This document shows positions 13,601-29,100 of a stretch of DNA of 64,000 nt, in pieces (position 1 is the first letter of the stretch; the number at the start of each line of letters is the position of its first letter). The stretch covers positions 398,722,001 through 398,786,000 of the forward strand of contig OZ024741.1 in assembly GCA_964016885.1 (NCBI GenBank), given 5' to 3'. The translations under genes and the position numbers were made by a program. The notes below the pieces were generated by a model, which saw nothing but the letters and a program-made list of their open reading frames with translations, had not been told where the DNA came from and did not search any database. This stretch comes from Eledone cirrhosa (lineage: Eukaryota).

Positions 13601-16600
13601 AGTCTAACTTAGCCCTGGCCATGTCTAACTTAATAACAGTCTAACTTAACCCTGGCCATATCTAACCTAATAACAGTCTAACTTAGCCATGGCCATGTCT
13701 AACTCAATAACAGTCTAACTTAGCCCTGGCCATGTCTAACTTATTAATAGTCTAACTTAGACCTGGCCATGTCTAACATAGTAACAGTCTAACTTAGCCC
13801 TGGCCATGTCTAACTTAGTAACAGTCTAACTTAGCCCTGGCCATGTCTAACTTAATAACAGTCTAACTTAGCCCTGGCCATGTCTAACTTAGTAACAGTC
13901 TAACTTAGCCCTAGCCATGTCTAACTTAGTAATAGTCTAACTTAGCCTCGGCCATGTCTAACTTAGTAACAGTCTAACTTAGCCTTGGCCATGTCTAAGT
14001 TAAAAACAGTCTAAATTAGCCCTGGTCATGTCTAACTTAATAACAGTCTAACTTAGCCCTGGCCATGTCTAACTTAATAACAGTCTAACTTAGCCATGGC
14101 CATGTCTAACTTAATAACAGTCTAAATTATCCCTGGCCATGTCTAGCTTAGTAACAATCTAACTTAGCCCTGACCATGTCTAACTTAATAACAGTCTAAC
14201 TTAGACCTGGCCATGTCTAACTTAGTAACAGTCTAATTTAGCCCTAGCCATGTCTAACTTAATAACAGTCTAACTTAGCCCTGGCCATGTCTAACTTAGT
14301 AACAGTCTAACTTAGCCCTGGCCATGTCTAACTTAATAACAGTCTAAATTATGCCTGGCCATGTCTAACTTAGTAATAGTGTAACTGAGCCCTGGCCATG
14401 TCTAACTTAGTAACAGTCTAACTGAGCCTTGGCCATGTCTAACTTAATAACAGTCTAAATTTTCCCTGGCCATGTCTAACTTAGTAATAGTCTAACTTAG
14501 TCCTGGCCATGTCTAACTAAATAACAGTCTAACTTAGCCATGGCCATGTCTAACTTAATAACAGTCTAAATTATCCCTGGCCATGTCTAACTTAGTAACA
14601 ATCTAACTTAGCCCTGGCCATGTCTAACTTAATAATAGTCTAACTCAGCCCTGGCCATGTCTAACCTAATAACAGTTTTAATTATCGCTGGCCATGTCTA
14701 ACTTAGTAACAGTCTAACTTAGCCCTGACCATGTCTAACTTAATAACAGTCTAACTTAGCCCTGGCCATGTCTAACTTAGTAATAGTCTAACTTGGCCTT
14801 GGCCATGTCTAACTTAGTACCAGTCTAACTTAGTCCTGGCCATGTATAACTTAATAACAGTCTAACTTAGCCCTGGCCATGTCTAACTTAATAAAAGTCT
14901 AACTGAGCCCTGGCCATGTCTAACTTAGTAATAGTCTAACTTAGCCCTGGCCATGTCTAAATTAATAACAGTCTAACTTAGCCCTGGCCATGTCTAACTT
15001 AATAACAGTCTAACTTAACCCTGGCCATGTCTAACCTAATAACAGTCTAACTTAGCCATGGCGATGTCTAACTCAATAACAGTCTAACTTAGCCCTGGCC
15101 ATGTCGAACTTATTAATAGTCTAACTTAGACCTGGCCATGTCTAACATAGTAACAGTCTAACTCAGCCCTGGCCAGGTCTAACTTAATAAGAGTCTAACT
15201 TAGCCCTGGCCATGTCTAACTTAGTAACAGTCTAACTTAGCCTTGGCCATGTCTAACTTAATAACAGTCTAAATTAGCCCTGGCGATGTCTAACTTAGAA
15301 ATAGTCTAACTTAGCCCTGACCATGTCTAACTTAATAACAGTCTAACTTAGCTCTGGCCATGTCTAACTTAGTAACAGTCTAAATTATCCCTGGCCATGT
15401 CCAACTTAGTAACAGTCTAACTTAGCCCTGGCCATGTCTAACTTAATAACAGTCTAACTTAGCCCTGGCCATGTCTAACTTAGTAATAGTCTAACTTGGC
15501 CTTGGCCAAGTCTAACTTAGTAACAGTCTAACTTAGCCCTGGCCATGTATAACTTAATAACAGTCTAACTTAGCCCTGGCCATGTCTAACTTAATAACAG
15601 TCTAACTGAGCCCTGGCTATGTCTAACTTAATAATAGTCTAAATTATCCCTGGCCAAGTCAAACTTAGTAACAATCTAACTTAGCCCTGGCCATGTCAAA
15701 CTTAATAACAGTCTAACTCAGCCCTGGCCATGTCTAACCTAATAACAGTTTAAATTATCGCTGGCCATGTCTAACTTAGTAACAGTCTAACTTAGCCCCG
15801 GCCATGTCTAACCTAATAACAGTCTAACTTAGCCCTGGCCATGTCTAACTTAATAACAATCTTACTTAGACCTGGCCATGTCTAACATAGTAACAGTCTA
15901 ACTTAGCCTTAGCAATGTCTAACTTAGTAACAGTCTAACTTAGCCATGGCCATGTCTCACTTAATAACAGTATAACTTAGCCCTGGCCATGTCTAACTTA
16001 GTAACAGTCTAACTTAGCCCTGGACATGTCTAACTTAGTAATAGTCTAACTTAGCCCTGGCCATGTCTAACTTAGTAACAGTCTAACTTAGTATCAGTCT
16101 AACTTAGACCCGGCCATGTCTAACTTAGTAACAGTCTAATTTAGCCATGGCCATGTCTAACTTAGTAACAGTCTAACTTAGTCCTGCCCATGTCTAACTT
16201 AAAAACAGTCTAAATTATCCCTGGCCATGTCTAACTTAGTAATAGTCTAATTGAGCCCTGGCCATGTCTAACTTATTAATAGTCTAACTTAGCCTTGGCC
16301 ATGTCTCACTTAGTAACAGTCTAACTTAGCCATGGCCATGTCTAACTTAATAACAGTCTAAATTAGCCCTGGCCATGTCTAACTTAGTAATAGTCTAACT
16401 TAGCCCTGACCATGTCTAACTTAATAACAATCTAACTTAACTATGGAGATGTCTAACTTAATAACAGTCTAAATTAGCCCTGGCTATGTCTAACTTAGTA
16501 ATAGTCTAACTTAGTCCTGACCATGTCTAACTTAATAACAATCTAACTTAGCCCTGTCCAGGTCTAACTTATTAATAGTCTAACTTAGACCTGGCCATGT

Positions 16601-17154
16601 CTAACTTAATAACCGTCTAACTCAGCGCTGGCCAGGTCTAACTTAATAAGAGTCTAACTTAGTTCTGGCCATGTCTAACTTAGTAACAGTCTAACTTTGC
16701 CCTGGCCATGTCTAACTTAATAACAGTCTAACTTAGCCCTGGCCATGTCTAATTAGTAATAGTCTAACTTAGCCTTGGCCATGTCTAACTTAGTAACAGT
16801 CTAACTTAGCCCTGGCCATTTAGAACTTAATAACAGTCTAACTTAGCCCTGGCCATGTCTAACTTAATAACAGTCTAACTGAGCCCTGGCCATGTCTAAC
16901 ATAATAACAGTCTAAATTAGCCCTGGCGATGTCTAACTTAGAAATAGTCTAACTTAGCCCTGACCATGTCTAACTTAATAACTGTCTAACTTAGCCCTGT
17001 CCATGTCTAACTTATTAATAGTCTAACTTAGACCTGGCCATGTCTAACTTAATAACAGTCTAACTTAGCCCTGGCCATGTGTAACTTAGTAATAGTCTAA
17101 CTTGGCCTTGGCCATGTCTTACTTAGTAACAGTCTAACTTAGCCCTGGCCATGT
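4650..17154 (+). repeat. ~6.53-kb higher-order tandem duplication within the satellite
   Basis: Rare variants recur at a 6526-6527 bp offset: CTCAGTAATA 4661/11188, CAGCGCTGG 4901/11428, ACAGACT 6184/12711, GTCGAAC 8577/15103, GTATCAG 9565/16091, CATTTAGAAC 10291/16817. Confidence 0.9.
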
Positions 17155-20100
17155 CTAACATAGTAACAGTCTAACTTAGCCCTGGCCATGTCTAACTTAG
17201 TAATAGTCTAACTTAGCCCTGGCCATGTCTAACTTAATAACAGTCTAAATTAGCCCTGGCCATGTCTAACTTAATAACAGTCTAACTTATCCCTGGCAAT
17301 GTCTCACTTAATAACTGTCTAACTTAGCCCTGGCCATGTCTAACTTAATAACAGTCTAACTGAGCCCTGGCCATGTCTAACTTATTAATAGTCTAACTTA
17401 GACTTGGCCATGTCTCACTTAGTAACAGTTTAACTTAGCCCTGGCCATGTCTAACTTAATAACAGTCTAACTTAGCCCTGACCATGTCTAACATAATAAG
17501 AGTCTAACTTAGCCCTGACCATGTCTAACTTAATAACAGTCTAACTTAGACCTGGCCATGTCTAACTTAGTAACAGTCTAACTTAGCCCTAGCCATGTCT
17601 AACTTAATAACAGTCTAACTTAGCCCTGGCCATGTCTAACTTAATAACAGTCTAACTTAGCCCTGGCCATGTCTAACTTAGTAACAGTCTAACTTAGCCC
17701 TGGCCATGTCTAACTTAGTAATAGTCTAACTTAGCCTTGGCCATGTCTAAGTTAGTAACAGTCTAACTTAGCCTTGGCCATGTCTAACTTAGTAACAGTC
17801 TAACTTAGGCCTGGCCATGTATAACTTAGTAACAGTCTAACTTAGCCCTGGCCATGTGTAACTTAGTAATAGTCTAACTTGGCCTTGGCCATGTCTTACT
17901 TAGTAACAGTCTAACTTAGCCCTGGCCATGTATAACTTAATAACAGTCTAACTTAGCCCTGGCCATGTCTAACTTAATAACAGTCTAACTGAGCCCTGGC
18001 CATGTCTAACTTAGTAACAGTCTAACTTAGCCCTGGCCATGTCTAACTTTGTAATACTCTAACTTAGCCTTGGCCATGTCTAACTTAGTAACAGTCTAAC
18101 TTAGCCCTGGTCATGGCTAATATAGTAACAGTCTAACTTAGCCCTGGCCATGTCTAACTTAGTAATAGTCTAACTTAGCTCTGGCCATGTCTAACTGAAT
18201 AACAGTCTAACTTAGCCATGGCCATGTCTAACTCAATAACAGTCTAACTTAGCCCTGGCCATGTCTAACATAGTAACAGTCTAACTTAGCCCTGGCCATG
18301 TCTAACTTAGTAATAGTCTAACTTAGCCCTGGCCATGTCTAACTTAATAACAGTCTAAATTAGCCCTGGCCATGTCTAACTTAATAACAGTCTAACTTAT
18401 CCCTGGCAATGTCTCACTTAATAACTGTCTAACTTAGCCCTGGCCATGTCTAACTTAATAACAGTCTAACTGAGCCCTGGCCATGTCTAACTTATTAATA
18501 GTCTAACTTAGACTTGGCCATGTCTCACTTAGTAACAGTTTAACTTAGCCCTGGCCATGTCTAACTTAATAACAGTCTAACTTAGCCCTGACCATGTCTA
18601 ACATAATAAGAGTCTAACTTAGCCCTGACCATGTCTAACTTAATAACAGTCTAACTTAGACCTGGCCATGTCTAACTTAATAACAGTCTAACTTAGCCCT
18701 GGCCATGTCTAACTTAATAACAGTCTAACTTAGCCCTGGCCATGTCTAACTTAGTAACAGTCTAACTTAGCCCTGGCCATGTCTAACTTAGTAATAGTCT
18801 AACTTAGCCTTGGCCATGTCTAAGTTAGTAACAGTCTAACTTAGCCTTGGCCATGTCTAACTTAGTAACAGTCTAACTTAGGCCTGGCCATGTATAACTT
18901 AGTAACAGTCTAACTTAGGCCTGGCCATGTCTAACTTAGTAACAGTCTAACTTAGCCCTGGCCATGTCTAACTTAGTAATAGTCTAACTTAGCCTTGGCC
19001 ATGTCTAACTTAGTAACAGTCTAACTTAGCCTTGGTCATGTCTAACTTAATAACAGTCTAAATTAGCCCTGGCGATGTCTAACTTAGTAATAGTCTAACT
19101 TAGCCCTGACCATGTCTAACTTAATAACAATCTAACTTAGCCGTGTCCATGTTTAACTTATTAATAGTCTAACTTAGACCTGGCCATGTCTAACTTAATA
19201 ACAGTCTAACTCAGCCCTGGCCAGGTCTAACTTAATAAGTGTCTAACTTAGTTCTGGCCATGTCTAACTTAATAACAGTCTAAATTATCCCTGGCCATGT
19301 CCAACCTAGTAACAGTCTAACTTAGCCCTGGCCATGTCTAACTTAATAACAGTCTAACTTAGCCCTGGCCATGTCTAACTTAGTAATAGTCTAACTTAGC
19401 CTTGGCCATGTCTAACATAGTAACAGTCTAACTTAGCCCTGGCCATGTATAACTTAATAACAGTCTAACTTAGCCCTGGCCATGTCTAACTTAATAACAG
19501 TCTAACTGAGCCCTGGCCATGTCTAACTTAGTAACAGTCTAACTTAGCCTTGGCCATGTCTAACTTAATAACAGTCTAAATTAGCCCTGGCGATGTCTAA
19601 CTTAGAAATAGTCTAACTTAGCCCTGATCATGTCTAACTTAATAACAGTCTAACTTAGCCCTGGCCATGTCTAACTTAGTAATAGTCTAACTTGGCCTTG
19701 GCCATGTCTAACTTAGTACCAGTCTAACTTAGTCCTGGCCATGTATAACTTAATAACAGTCTAACTTAGCCCTGGCCATGTCTAACTTAATAACAGTCTA
19801 ACTGAGCCCTGGCCATGTCTAACTTAGTAATAGTCTAACTTGGCCCTGGCCATGTCTAAATTAATAACAGTCTAACTTAGCCCTGGCCATGTCTAACTTA
19901 ATAACAGTCTAACTTAACCCTGGCCATGTCTAACCTAATAACAGTCTAACTTAGCCATGGCCATGTCTAACTCAATAACAGTCTAACTTAGCCCTGGCCA
20001 TGTCTAACTTATTAATAGTCTAACTAAGACCTGGCCATGTCCAACATAGTAACAGTCTAACTTAGCCCTGGCCATGTCTAACTTAGTAACAGTCTAACTT

Positions 20101-23100
20101 AGCCCTGGCCATGTCTAACTTAATAACAGTCTAACTTAGCCCTGGCCATGTCTAACTTAGTAACAGTCTAACTTAGCCCTGGCCATGTCTAACTTAGTAA
20201 CAGTCTAACTTAGCCCTGGCCATGTCTAACTTAATAACAGTCTAAATTATGCCTGGCCATGTCTAACTTAGTAATAGTGTAACTGAGCCCTGGCCATGTC
20301 TAACTTAGTAACAGTCTAACTGAGCCTTGGCCATGTCTAACTTAATAACAGTCTAAATTTTCCCTGGCCATGTCTAACTTAGTAATAGTCTAACTTAGTC
20401 CTGGCCATGTCTAACTAAATAACAGTCTAACTTAGCCATGGCCATGTCTAACTTAATAACAGTCTAAATTATCCCTGGCCATGTCTAACTTAGTAACAAT
20501 CTAACTTAGCCCTGGCCATGTCTAACTTAGTAACAGTCTAACTTAGCCCTGGCCATGTCTAACTTAATAACAGTCTAACTTAGCCCTGGCCATGTCTAAC
20601 TTAGTAACAGTCTAACTTAGCCCTAGCCATGTCTAACTTAGTAATAGTCTAACTTAGCCTTGGCCATGTCTAACTTAGTAACAGTCTAACTTAGCCTTGG
20701 CCATGTCTAAGTTAAAAACAGTCTAAATTAGCACTAGTCATGTCTAACTTAATAACAGTCTAACTTAGCCCTGGCCATGTCTAACTTAATAACAGTCTAA
20801 CTTAGCCATGGCCATGTCTAACTTAATAACAGTCTAAATTATTCCTGGCCATGTCTAGCTTAGTAACAATCTAACTTAGCCCTGACCATGTCTAACTTAA
20901 TGACAGTCTAACTTAGACCTGGCCATGTCTAACTTAGTAACAGTCTAATTTAGCCCTAGCCATGTCTAACTTAATAACAGTCTAACTTAGCCCTGGCCAT
21001 GTCTAACTTAGTAACAGTCTAACTTAGCCCTGGCCATGTCTAACTTAATAACAGTCTAAATTATGCCTGGCCATGTCTAACTTAGTAATAGTGTAACTGA
21101 GCCCTGGCCATGTCTAACTTAGTAACAGTCTAACTGAGCCTTGGCCATGTCTAACTTAATAACAGTCTAAATTATCCCTGGCCATGTCTAACTTAGTAAT
21201 AGTCTAACTTAGTCCTGGCCATGTCTAACTTAATAACAGTCTAACTTAGCCATGGCCATGTCTAACTTAATAACAGTCTAAATTATCCCTGGCCATGTCT
21301 AACTTAGTAACAATCTAACTTAGCCCTGGCCATGTCTAACTTAATAACAATCTTACTTAGACCTGGCCATGTCTAACATAGTAACAGTCTAACTTAGCCT
21401 TAGCAATGTCTAACTTAGTAACAGTCTAACTTAGCCATGGCCATGTCTCACTTAATAACAGTATAACTTAGCCCTGGCCATGTCTAACTTAGTAACAGTC
21501 TAACTTAGCCCTGGACATGTCTAACTTAGTAATAGTCTAACTTAGCCCTGGCCATGTCTAACTTAGTAACAGTCTAACTTAGTATCAGTCTAACTTAGAC
21601 CCGGCCATGTCTAACTTAGTAACAGTCTAATTTAGCCCTTGCCATGTCTAACTTAGTAACAGTCTAACTTAGTCCTGCCCATGTCTAACTTAAAAACAGT
21701 CTAAATTATCCCTGGCCATGTCTAACTTAGTAATAGTCTAATTGAGCCCTGGCCATGTCTAACTTATTAATAGTCTAACTTAGCCTTGGCCATGTCTCAC
21801 TTAGTAACAGTCTAACTTAGCCATGGCCATGTCTAACTTAATAACAGTCTAAATTAGCCCTGGCCATGTCTAACTTAGTAATAGTCTAACTTAGCCCTGA
21901 CCATGTCTAACTTAATAACAGTCTAACTTAACTATGGAGATGTCTAACTTAATAACATTCTAACTTAGCCCTGACCATGTCTAACTTAGTAACAGTCTAA
22001 CTTAGCCCTGGACATGTCTAACTTAGTAATAGTCTAACTTAGCCCTGGCCATGTCTAACTTAATAACAGTCTAACTCAGCCCTGGCCAGGTCTAACTTAA
22101 TAAGAGTCTAACTTAGTTCTGGCCATGTCTAACTTAGTAACAGTCTAAATTATCCCTGGCCATGTCCAACTTAGTAACAGTCTAACTTAGCCCTGGCCAT
22201 GTCTAACTTAATAACAGTCTAACTTAGCCCTGGCTATGTCTAACTTAGTAATAGTCTAACTTAGCCTTGGCCATGTCTAACTTAGTAACAGTCTAACTTA
22301 GCCCTGGCCATGTATAACTTAATAACAGTCTAGCTTAGACCTGGCCATGTCTAACTTAATAACAGTCTAACTGAGCCCTGGCCATGTCTAACTTAGTAAC
22401 AGTCTAACTTAGCCTTGGCCATGTCTAACTTAATAACAGTCTAAATTAGCCCTGGCGATGTCTAACTTAGAAATAGTCTAACTTAGCCCTGTCCATGTCT
22501 AACTTAATAACAGTCTAACTTAGCCCTGTCCATGTCTAACATAGTAACAGTCTAACTTAGCCCTGGCCATGTCTAACTTAGTAACAGTCTAACTTAGCCC
22601 TGGCCATGTCTAACTTAATAACAGTCTAACTTAGCCCTGGCCATGTCTAACTTAGTAACAGTCTAACTTAGCCCTAGCCATGTCTAACTTAGTAATAGTC
22701 TAACTTAGCCTCGGCCATGTCTAACTTAGTAACAGTCTAACTTAGCCTTGGCCATGTCTAAGTTAAAAACAGTCTAAATTAGCCCTGGTCATGTCTAACT
22801 TAATAACAGTCTAACTTAGCCCTGGCCATGTCTAACTTAATAACAGTCTAACTTAGCCATGGCCATGTCTAACTTAATAACAGTCTAAATTATCCCTGGC
22901 CATGTCTAGCTTAGTAACAATCTAACTTAGCCCTGACCATGTCTAACTTAATAACAGTCTAACTTAGACCTGGCCATGTCTAACTTAGTAACAGTCTAAT
23001 TTAGCCCTAGCCATGTCTAACTTAATAACAGTCTAACTTAGCCCTGGCCATGTCTAACTTAGTAACAGTCTAACTTAGCCCTGGCCATGTCTAACTTAAT

Positions 23101-26100
23101 AACAGTCTAAATTATGCCTGGCCATGTCTAACTTAGTAATAGTGTAACTGAGCCCTGGCCATGTCTAACTTAGTAACAGTCTAACTGAGCCTTGGCCATG
23201 TCTAACTTAATAACAGTCTAAATTTTCCCTGGCCATGTCTAACTTAGTAATAGTCTAACTTAGTCCTGGCCATGTCTAACTAAATAACAGTCTAACTTAG
23301 CCATGGCCATGTCTAACTTAATAACAGTCTAAATTATCCCTGGCCATGTCTAACTTAGTAACAATCTAACTTAGCCCTGGCCATGTCTAACTTAATAATA
23401 GTCTAACTCAGCCCTGGCCATGTCTAACCTAATAACAGTTTAAATTATCGCTGGCCATGTCTAACTTAGTAACAGTCTAACTTAGCCCTGACCATGTCTA
23501 ACTTAATAACAGTCTAACTTAGCCCTGGCCATGTCTAACTTAGTAATAGTCTAACTTGGCCTTGGCCATGTCTAACTTAGTACCAGTCTAACTTAGTCCT
23601 GGCCATGTATAACTTAATAACAGTCTAACTTAGCCCTGGCCATGTCTAACTTAATAAAAGTCTAACTGAGCCCTGGCCATGTCTAACTTAGTAATAGTCT
23701 AACTTAGCCCTGGCCATGTCTAAATTAATAACAGTCTAACTTAGCCCTGGCCATGTCTAACTTAATAACAGTCTAACTTAACCCTGGCCATGTCTAACCT
23801 AATAACAGTCTAACTTAGCCATGGCGATGTCTAACTCAATAACAGTCTAACTTAGCCCTGGCCATGTCGAACTTATTAATAGTCTAACTTAGACCTGGCC
23901 ATGTCTAACATAGTAACAGTCTAACTCAGCCCTGGCCAGGTCTAACTTAATAAGAGTCTAACTTAGCTCTGGCCATGTCTAACTTAGTAACAGTCTAACT
24001 TAGCCTTGGCCATGTCTAACTTAATAACAGTCTAAATTAGCCCTGGCGATGTCTAACTTAGAAATAGTCTAACTTAGCCCTGACCATGTCTAACTTAATA
24101 ACAGTCTAACTTAGCTCTGGCCATGTCTAACTTAGTAACAGTCTAAATTATCCCTGGCCATGTCCAACTTAGTAACAGTCTAACTTAGCCCTGGCCATGT
24201 CTAACTTAATAACAGTCTAACTTAGCCCTGGCCATGTCTAACTTAGTAATAGTCTAACTTGGCCTTGGCCAAGTCTAACTTAGTAACAGTCTAACTTAGC
24301 CCTGGCCATGTATAACTTAATAACAGTCTAACTTAGCCCTGGCCATGTCTAACTTAATAACAGTCTAACTGAGCCCTGGCTATGTCTAACTTAATAATAG
24401 TCTAAATTATCCCTGGCCAAGTCAAACTTAGTAACAATCTAACTTAGCCCTGGCCATGTCAAACTTAATAACAGTCTAACTCAGCCCTGGCCATGTCTAA
24501 CCTAATAACAGTTTAAATTATCGCTGGCCATGTCTAACTTAGTAACAGTCTAACTTAGCCCTGGCCATGTCTAACTTAATAACAATCTTACTTAGACCTG
24601 GCCATGTCTAACATAGTAACAGTCTAACTTAGCCTTAGCAATGTCTAACTTAGTAACAGTCTAACTTAGCCATGGCCATGTCTCACTTAATAACAGTATA
24701 ACTTAGCCCTGGCCATGTCTAACTTAGTAACAGTCTAACTTAGCCCTGGACATGTCTAACTTAGTAATAGTCTAACTTAGCCCTGGCCATGTCTAACTTA
24801 GTAACAGTCTAACTTAGTATCAGTCTAACTTAGACCCGGCCATGTCTAACTTAGTAACAGTCTAATTTAGCCCTGGCCATGTCTAACTTAGTAACAGTCT
24901 AACTTAGTCCTGCCCATGTCTAACTTAAAAACAGTCTAAATTATCCCTGGCCATGTCTAACTTAGTAATAGTCTAATTGAGCCCTGGCCATGTCTAACTT
25001 ATTAATAGTCTAACTTAGCCTTGGCCATGTCTCACTTAGTAACAGTCTAACTTAGCCATGGCCATGTCTAACTTAATAACAGTCTAAATTAGCCCTGGCC
25101 ATGTCTAACTTAGTAATAGTCTAACTTAGCCCTGACCATGTCTAACTTAATAACAATCTAACTTAACTATGGAGATGTCTAACTTAATAACAGTCTAAAT
25201 TAGCCCTGGCGATGTCTAACTTAGTAATAGTCTAACTTAGTCCTGACCATGTCTAACTTAATAACAATCTAACTTAGCCCTGTCCAGGTCTAACTTATTA
25301 ATAGTCTAACTTAGACCTGGCCATGTCTAACTTAATAACCGTCTAACTCAGCGCTGGCCAGGTCTAACTTAATAAGAGTCTAACTTAGTTCTGGCCATGT
25401 CTAACTTAGTAACAGTCTAACTTTGCCCTGGCCATGTCTAACTTAATAACAGTCTAACTTAGCCCTGGCCATGTCTAATTAGTAATAGTCTAACTTAGCC
25501 TTGGCCATGTCTAACTTAGTAACAGTCTAACTTAGCCCTGGCCATTTAGAACTTAATAACAGTCTAACTTAGCCCTGGCCATGTCTAACTTAATAACAGT
25601 CTAACTGTGCCCTGGCCATGTCTAACATAATAACAGTCTAAATTAGCCCTGGCGATGTCTAACTTAGAAATAGTCTAACTTAGCCCTGACCATGTCTAAC
25701 TTAATAACTGTCTAACTTAGCCCTGTCCATGTCTAACTTATTAATAGTCTAACTTAGACCTGGCCATGTCTAACTTAATAACAGTCTAACTTAGCCCTGG
25801 CCATGTGTAACTTAGTAATAGTCTAACTTGGCCTTGGCCATGTCTTACTTAGTAACAGTCTAACTTAGCCCTGGCCATGTCTAACATAGTAACAGTCTAA
25901 CTTAGCCCTGGCCATGTCTAACTTAGTAATAGTCTAACTTAGCCCTGGCCATGTCTAACTTAATAACAGTCTAAATTAGCCCTGGCCATGTCTAACTTAA
26001 TAACAGTCTAACTTATCCCTGGCAATGTCTCACTTAATAACTGTCTAACTTAGCCCTGGCCATGTCTAACTTAATAACAGTCTAACTGAGCCCTGGCCAT

Positions 26101-29100
26101 GTCTAACTTATTAATAGTCTAACTTAGACTTGGCCATGTCTCACTTAGTAACAGTTTAACTTAGCCCTGGCCATGTCTAACTTAATAACAGTCTAACTTA
26201 GCCCTGACCATGTCTAACATAATAAGAGTCTAACTTAGCCCTGACCATGTCTAACTTAATAACAGTCTAACTTAGACCTGGCCATGTCTAACTTAGTAAC
26301 AGTCTAACTTAGCCCTAGCCATGTCTAACTTAATAACAGTCTAACTTAGCCCTGGCCATGTCTAACTTAATAACAGTCTAACTTAGCCCTGGCCATGTCT
26401 AACTTAGTAACAGTCTAACTTAGCCCTGGCCATGTCTAACTTAGTAATAGTCTAACTTAGCCTTGGCCATGTCTAAGTTAGTAACAGTCTAACTTAGCCT
26501 TGGCCATGTCTAACTTAGTAACAGTCTAACTTAGGCCTGGCCATGTATAACTTAGTAACAGTCTAACTTAGGCCTGGCCATGTCTAACTTAATAACAGTC
26601 TAACTTAGCCCTGGCCATGTCTAACTTAGTAATAGTCTAACTTAGCCTTGGCCATGTCTAACTTAGTAACAGTCTAACTTAGCCTTGGTCATGTCTAACT
26701 TAATAACAGTCTAAATTAGCCCTGGCCATGTCTAACTTAGTAATAGTCTAACTTAGCCCTGACCATGTCTAACTTAATAACAATCTAACTTAGCCGTGTC
26801 CATGTTTAACTTATTAATAGTCTAACTTAGACCTGGCCATGTCTAACTTAATAACAGTCTAACTCAGCCCTGGCCAGGTCTAACTTAATAAGAGTCTAAC
26901 TTAGTTCTGGCCATGTCTAACTTAATAACAGTCTAAATTATCCCTGGCCATGTCCAACCTAGTAACAGTCTAACTTAGCCCTGGCCATGTCTAACTTAAT
27001 AACAGTCTAACTTAGCCCTGGCCATGTCTAACTTAGTAATAGTCTAACTTAGCCTTGGCCATGTCTAACATAGTAACAGTCTAACTTAGCCCTGGCCATG
27101 TATAACTTAATAACAGTCTAACTTAGCCCTGGCCATGTCTAACTTAATAACAGTCTAACTGAGCCCTGGCCATGTCTAACTTAGTAACAGTCTAACTTAG
27201 CCTTGGCCATGTCTAACTTAATAACAGTCTAAATTAGCCCTGGCGATGTCTAACTTAGAAATAGTCTAACTTAGCCCTGATCATGTCTAACTTAATAACA
27301 GTCTAACTTAGCCCTGGCCATGTCTAACTTAGTAATAGTCTAACTTGGCCTTGGCCATGTCTAACTTAGTACCAGTCTAACTTAGTCCTGGCCATGTATA
27401 ACTTAATAACAGTCTAACTTAGCCCTGGCCATGTCTAACTTAATAACAGTCTAACTGAGCCCTGGCCATGTCTAACTTAGTAATAGTCTAACTTGGCCCT
27501 GGCCATGTCTAAATTAATAACAGTCTAACTTAGCCCTGGCCATGTCTAACTTAATAACAGTCTAACTTAACCCTGGCCATGTCTAACCTAATAACAGTCT
27601 AACTTAGCCATGGCCATGTCTAACTCAATAACAGTCTAACTTAGCCCTGGCCATGTCTAACTTATTAATAGTCTAACTAAGACCTGGCCATGTCCAACAT
27701 AGTAACAGTCTAACTTAGCCCTGGCCATGTCTAACTTAGTAACAGTCTAACTTAGCCCTGGCCATGTCTAACTTAATAACAGTCTAACTTAGCCCTGGCC
27801 ATGTCTAACTTAGTAACAGTCTAACTTAGCCCTAGCCATGTCTAACTTAGTAATAGTCTAACTTAGCCTTGGCCATGTCTAACTTAGTAACAGTCTAACT
27901 TAGCCTTGGCCATGTCTAAGTTAAAAACAGTCTAAATTAGCACTAGTCATGTCTAACTTAATAACAGTCTAACTTAGCCCTGGCCATGTCTAACTTAATA
28001 ACAGTCTAACTTAGCCATGGCCATGTCTAACTTAATAACAGTCTAAATTATTCCTGGCCATGTCTAGCTTAGTAACAATCTAACTTAGCCCTGACCATGT
28101 CTAACTTAATGACAGTCTAACTTAGACCTGGCCATGTCTAACTTAGTAACAGTCTAATTTAGCCCTAGCCATGTCTAACTTAATAACAGTCTAACTTAGC
28201 CCTGGCCATGTCTAACTTAGTAACAGTCTAACTTAGCCCTGGCCATGTCTAACTTAATAACAGTCTAAATTATGCCTGGCCATGTCTAACTTAGTAATAG
28301 TGTAACTGAGCCCTGGCCATGTCTAACTTAGTAACAGTCTAACTGAGCCTTGGCCATGTCTAACTTAATAACAGTCTAAATTATCCCTGGCCATGTCTAA
28401 CTTAGTAATAGTCTAACTTAGTCCTGGCCATGTCTAACTTAATAAAAGTCTAACTTAGCCATGGCCATGTCTAACTTAATAACAGTCTAAATTATCCCTG
28501 GCCATGTCTAACTTAGTAACAATCTAACTTAGCCCTGGCCATGTCTAACTTAATAACAATCTTACTTAGACCTGGCCATGTCTAACATAGTAACAGTCTA
28601 ACTTAGCCTTAGCAATGTCTAACTTAGTAACAGTCTAACTTAGCCATGGCCATGTCTCACTTAATAACAGTATAACTTAGCCCTGGCCATGTCTAACTTA
28701 GTAACAGTCTAACTTAGCCCTGGACATGTCTAACTTAGTAATAGTCTAACTTAGCCCTGGCCATGTCTAACTTAGTAACAGTCTAACTTAGTATCAGTCT
28801 AACTTAGACCCGGCCATGTCTAACTTAGTAACAGTCTAATTTAGCCCTTGCCATGTCTAACTTAGTAACAGTCTAACTTAGTCCTGCCCATGTCTAACTT
28901 AAAAACAGTCTAAATTATCCCTGGCCATGTCTAACTTAGTAATAGTCTAATTGAGCCCTGGCCATGTCTAACTTATTAATAGTCTAACTTAGCCTTGGCC
29001 ATGTCTCACTTAGTAACAGTCTAACTTAGCCATGGCCATGTCTAACTTAATAACAGTCTAAATTAGCCCTGGCCATGTCTAACTTAGTAATAGTCTAACT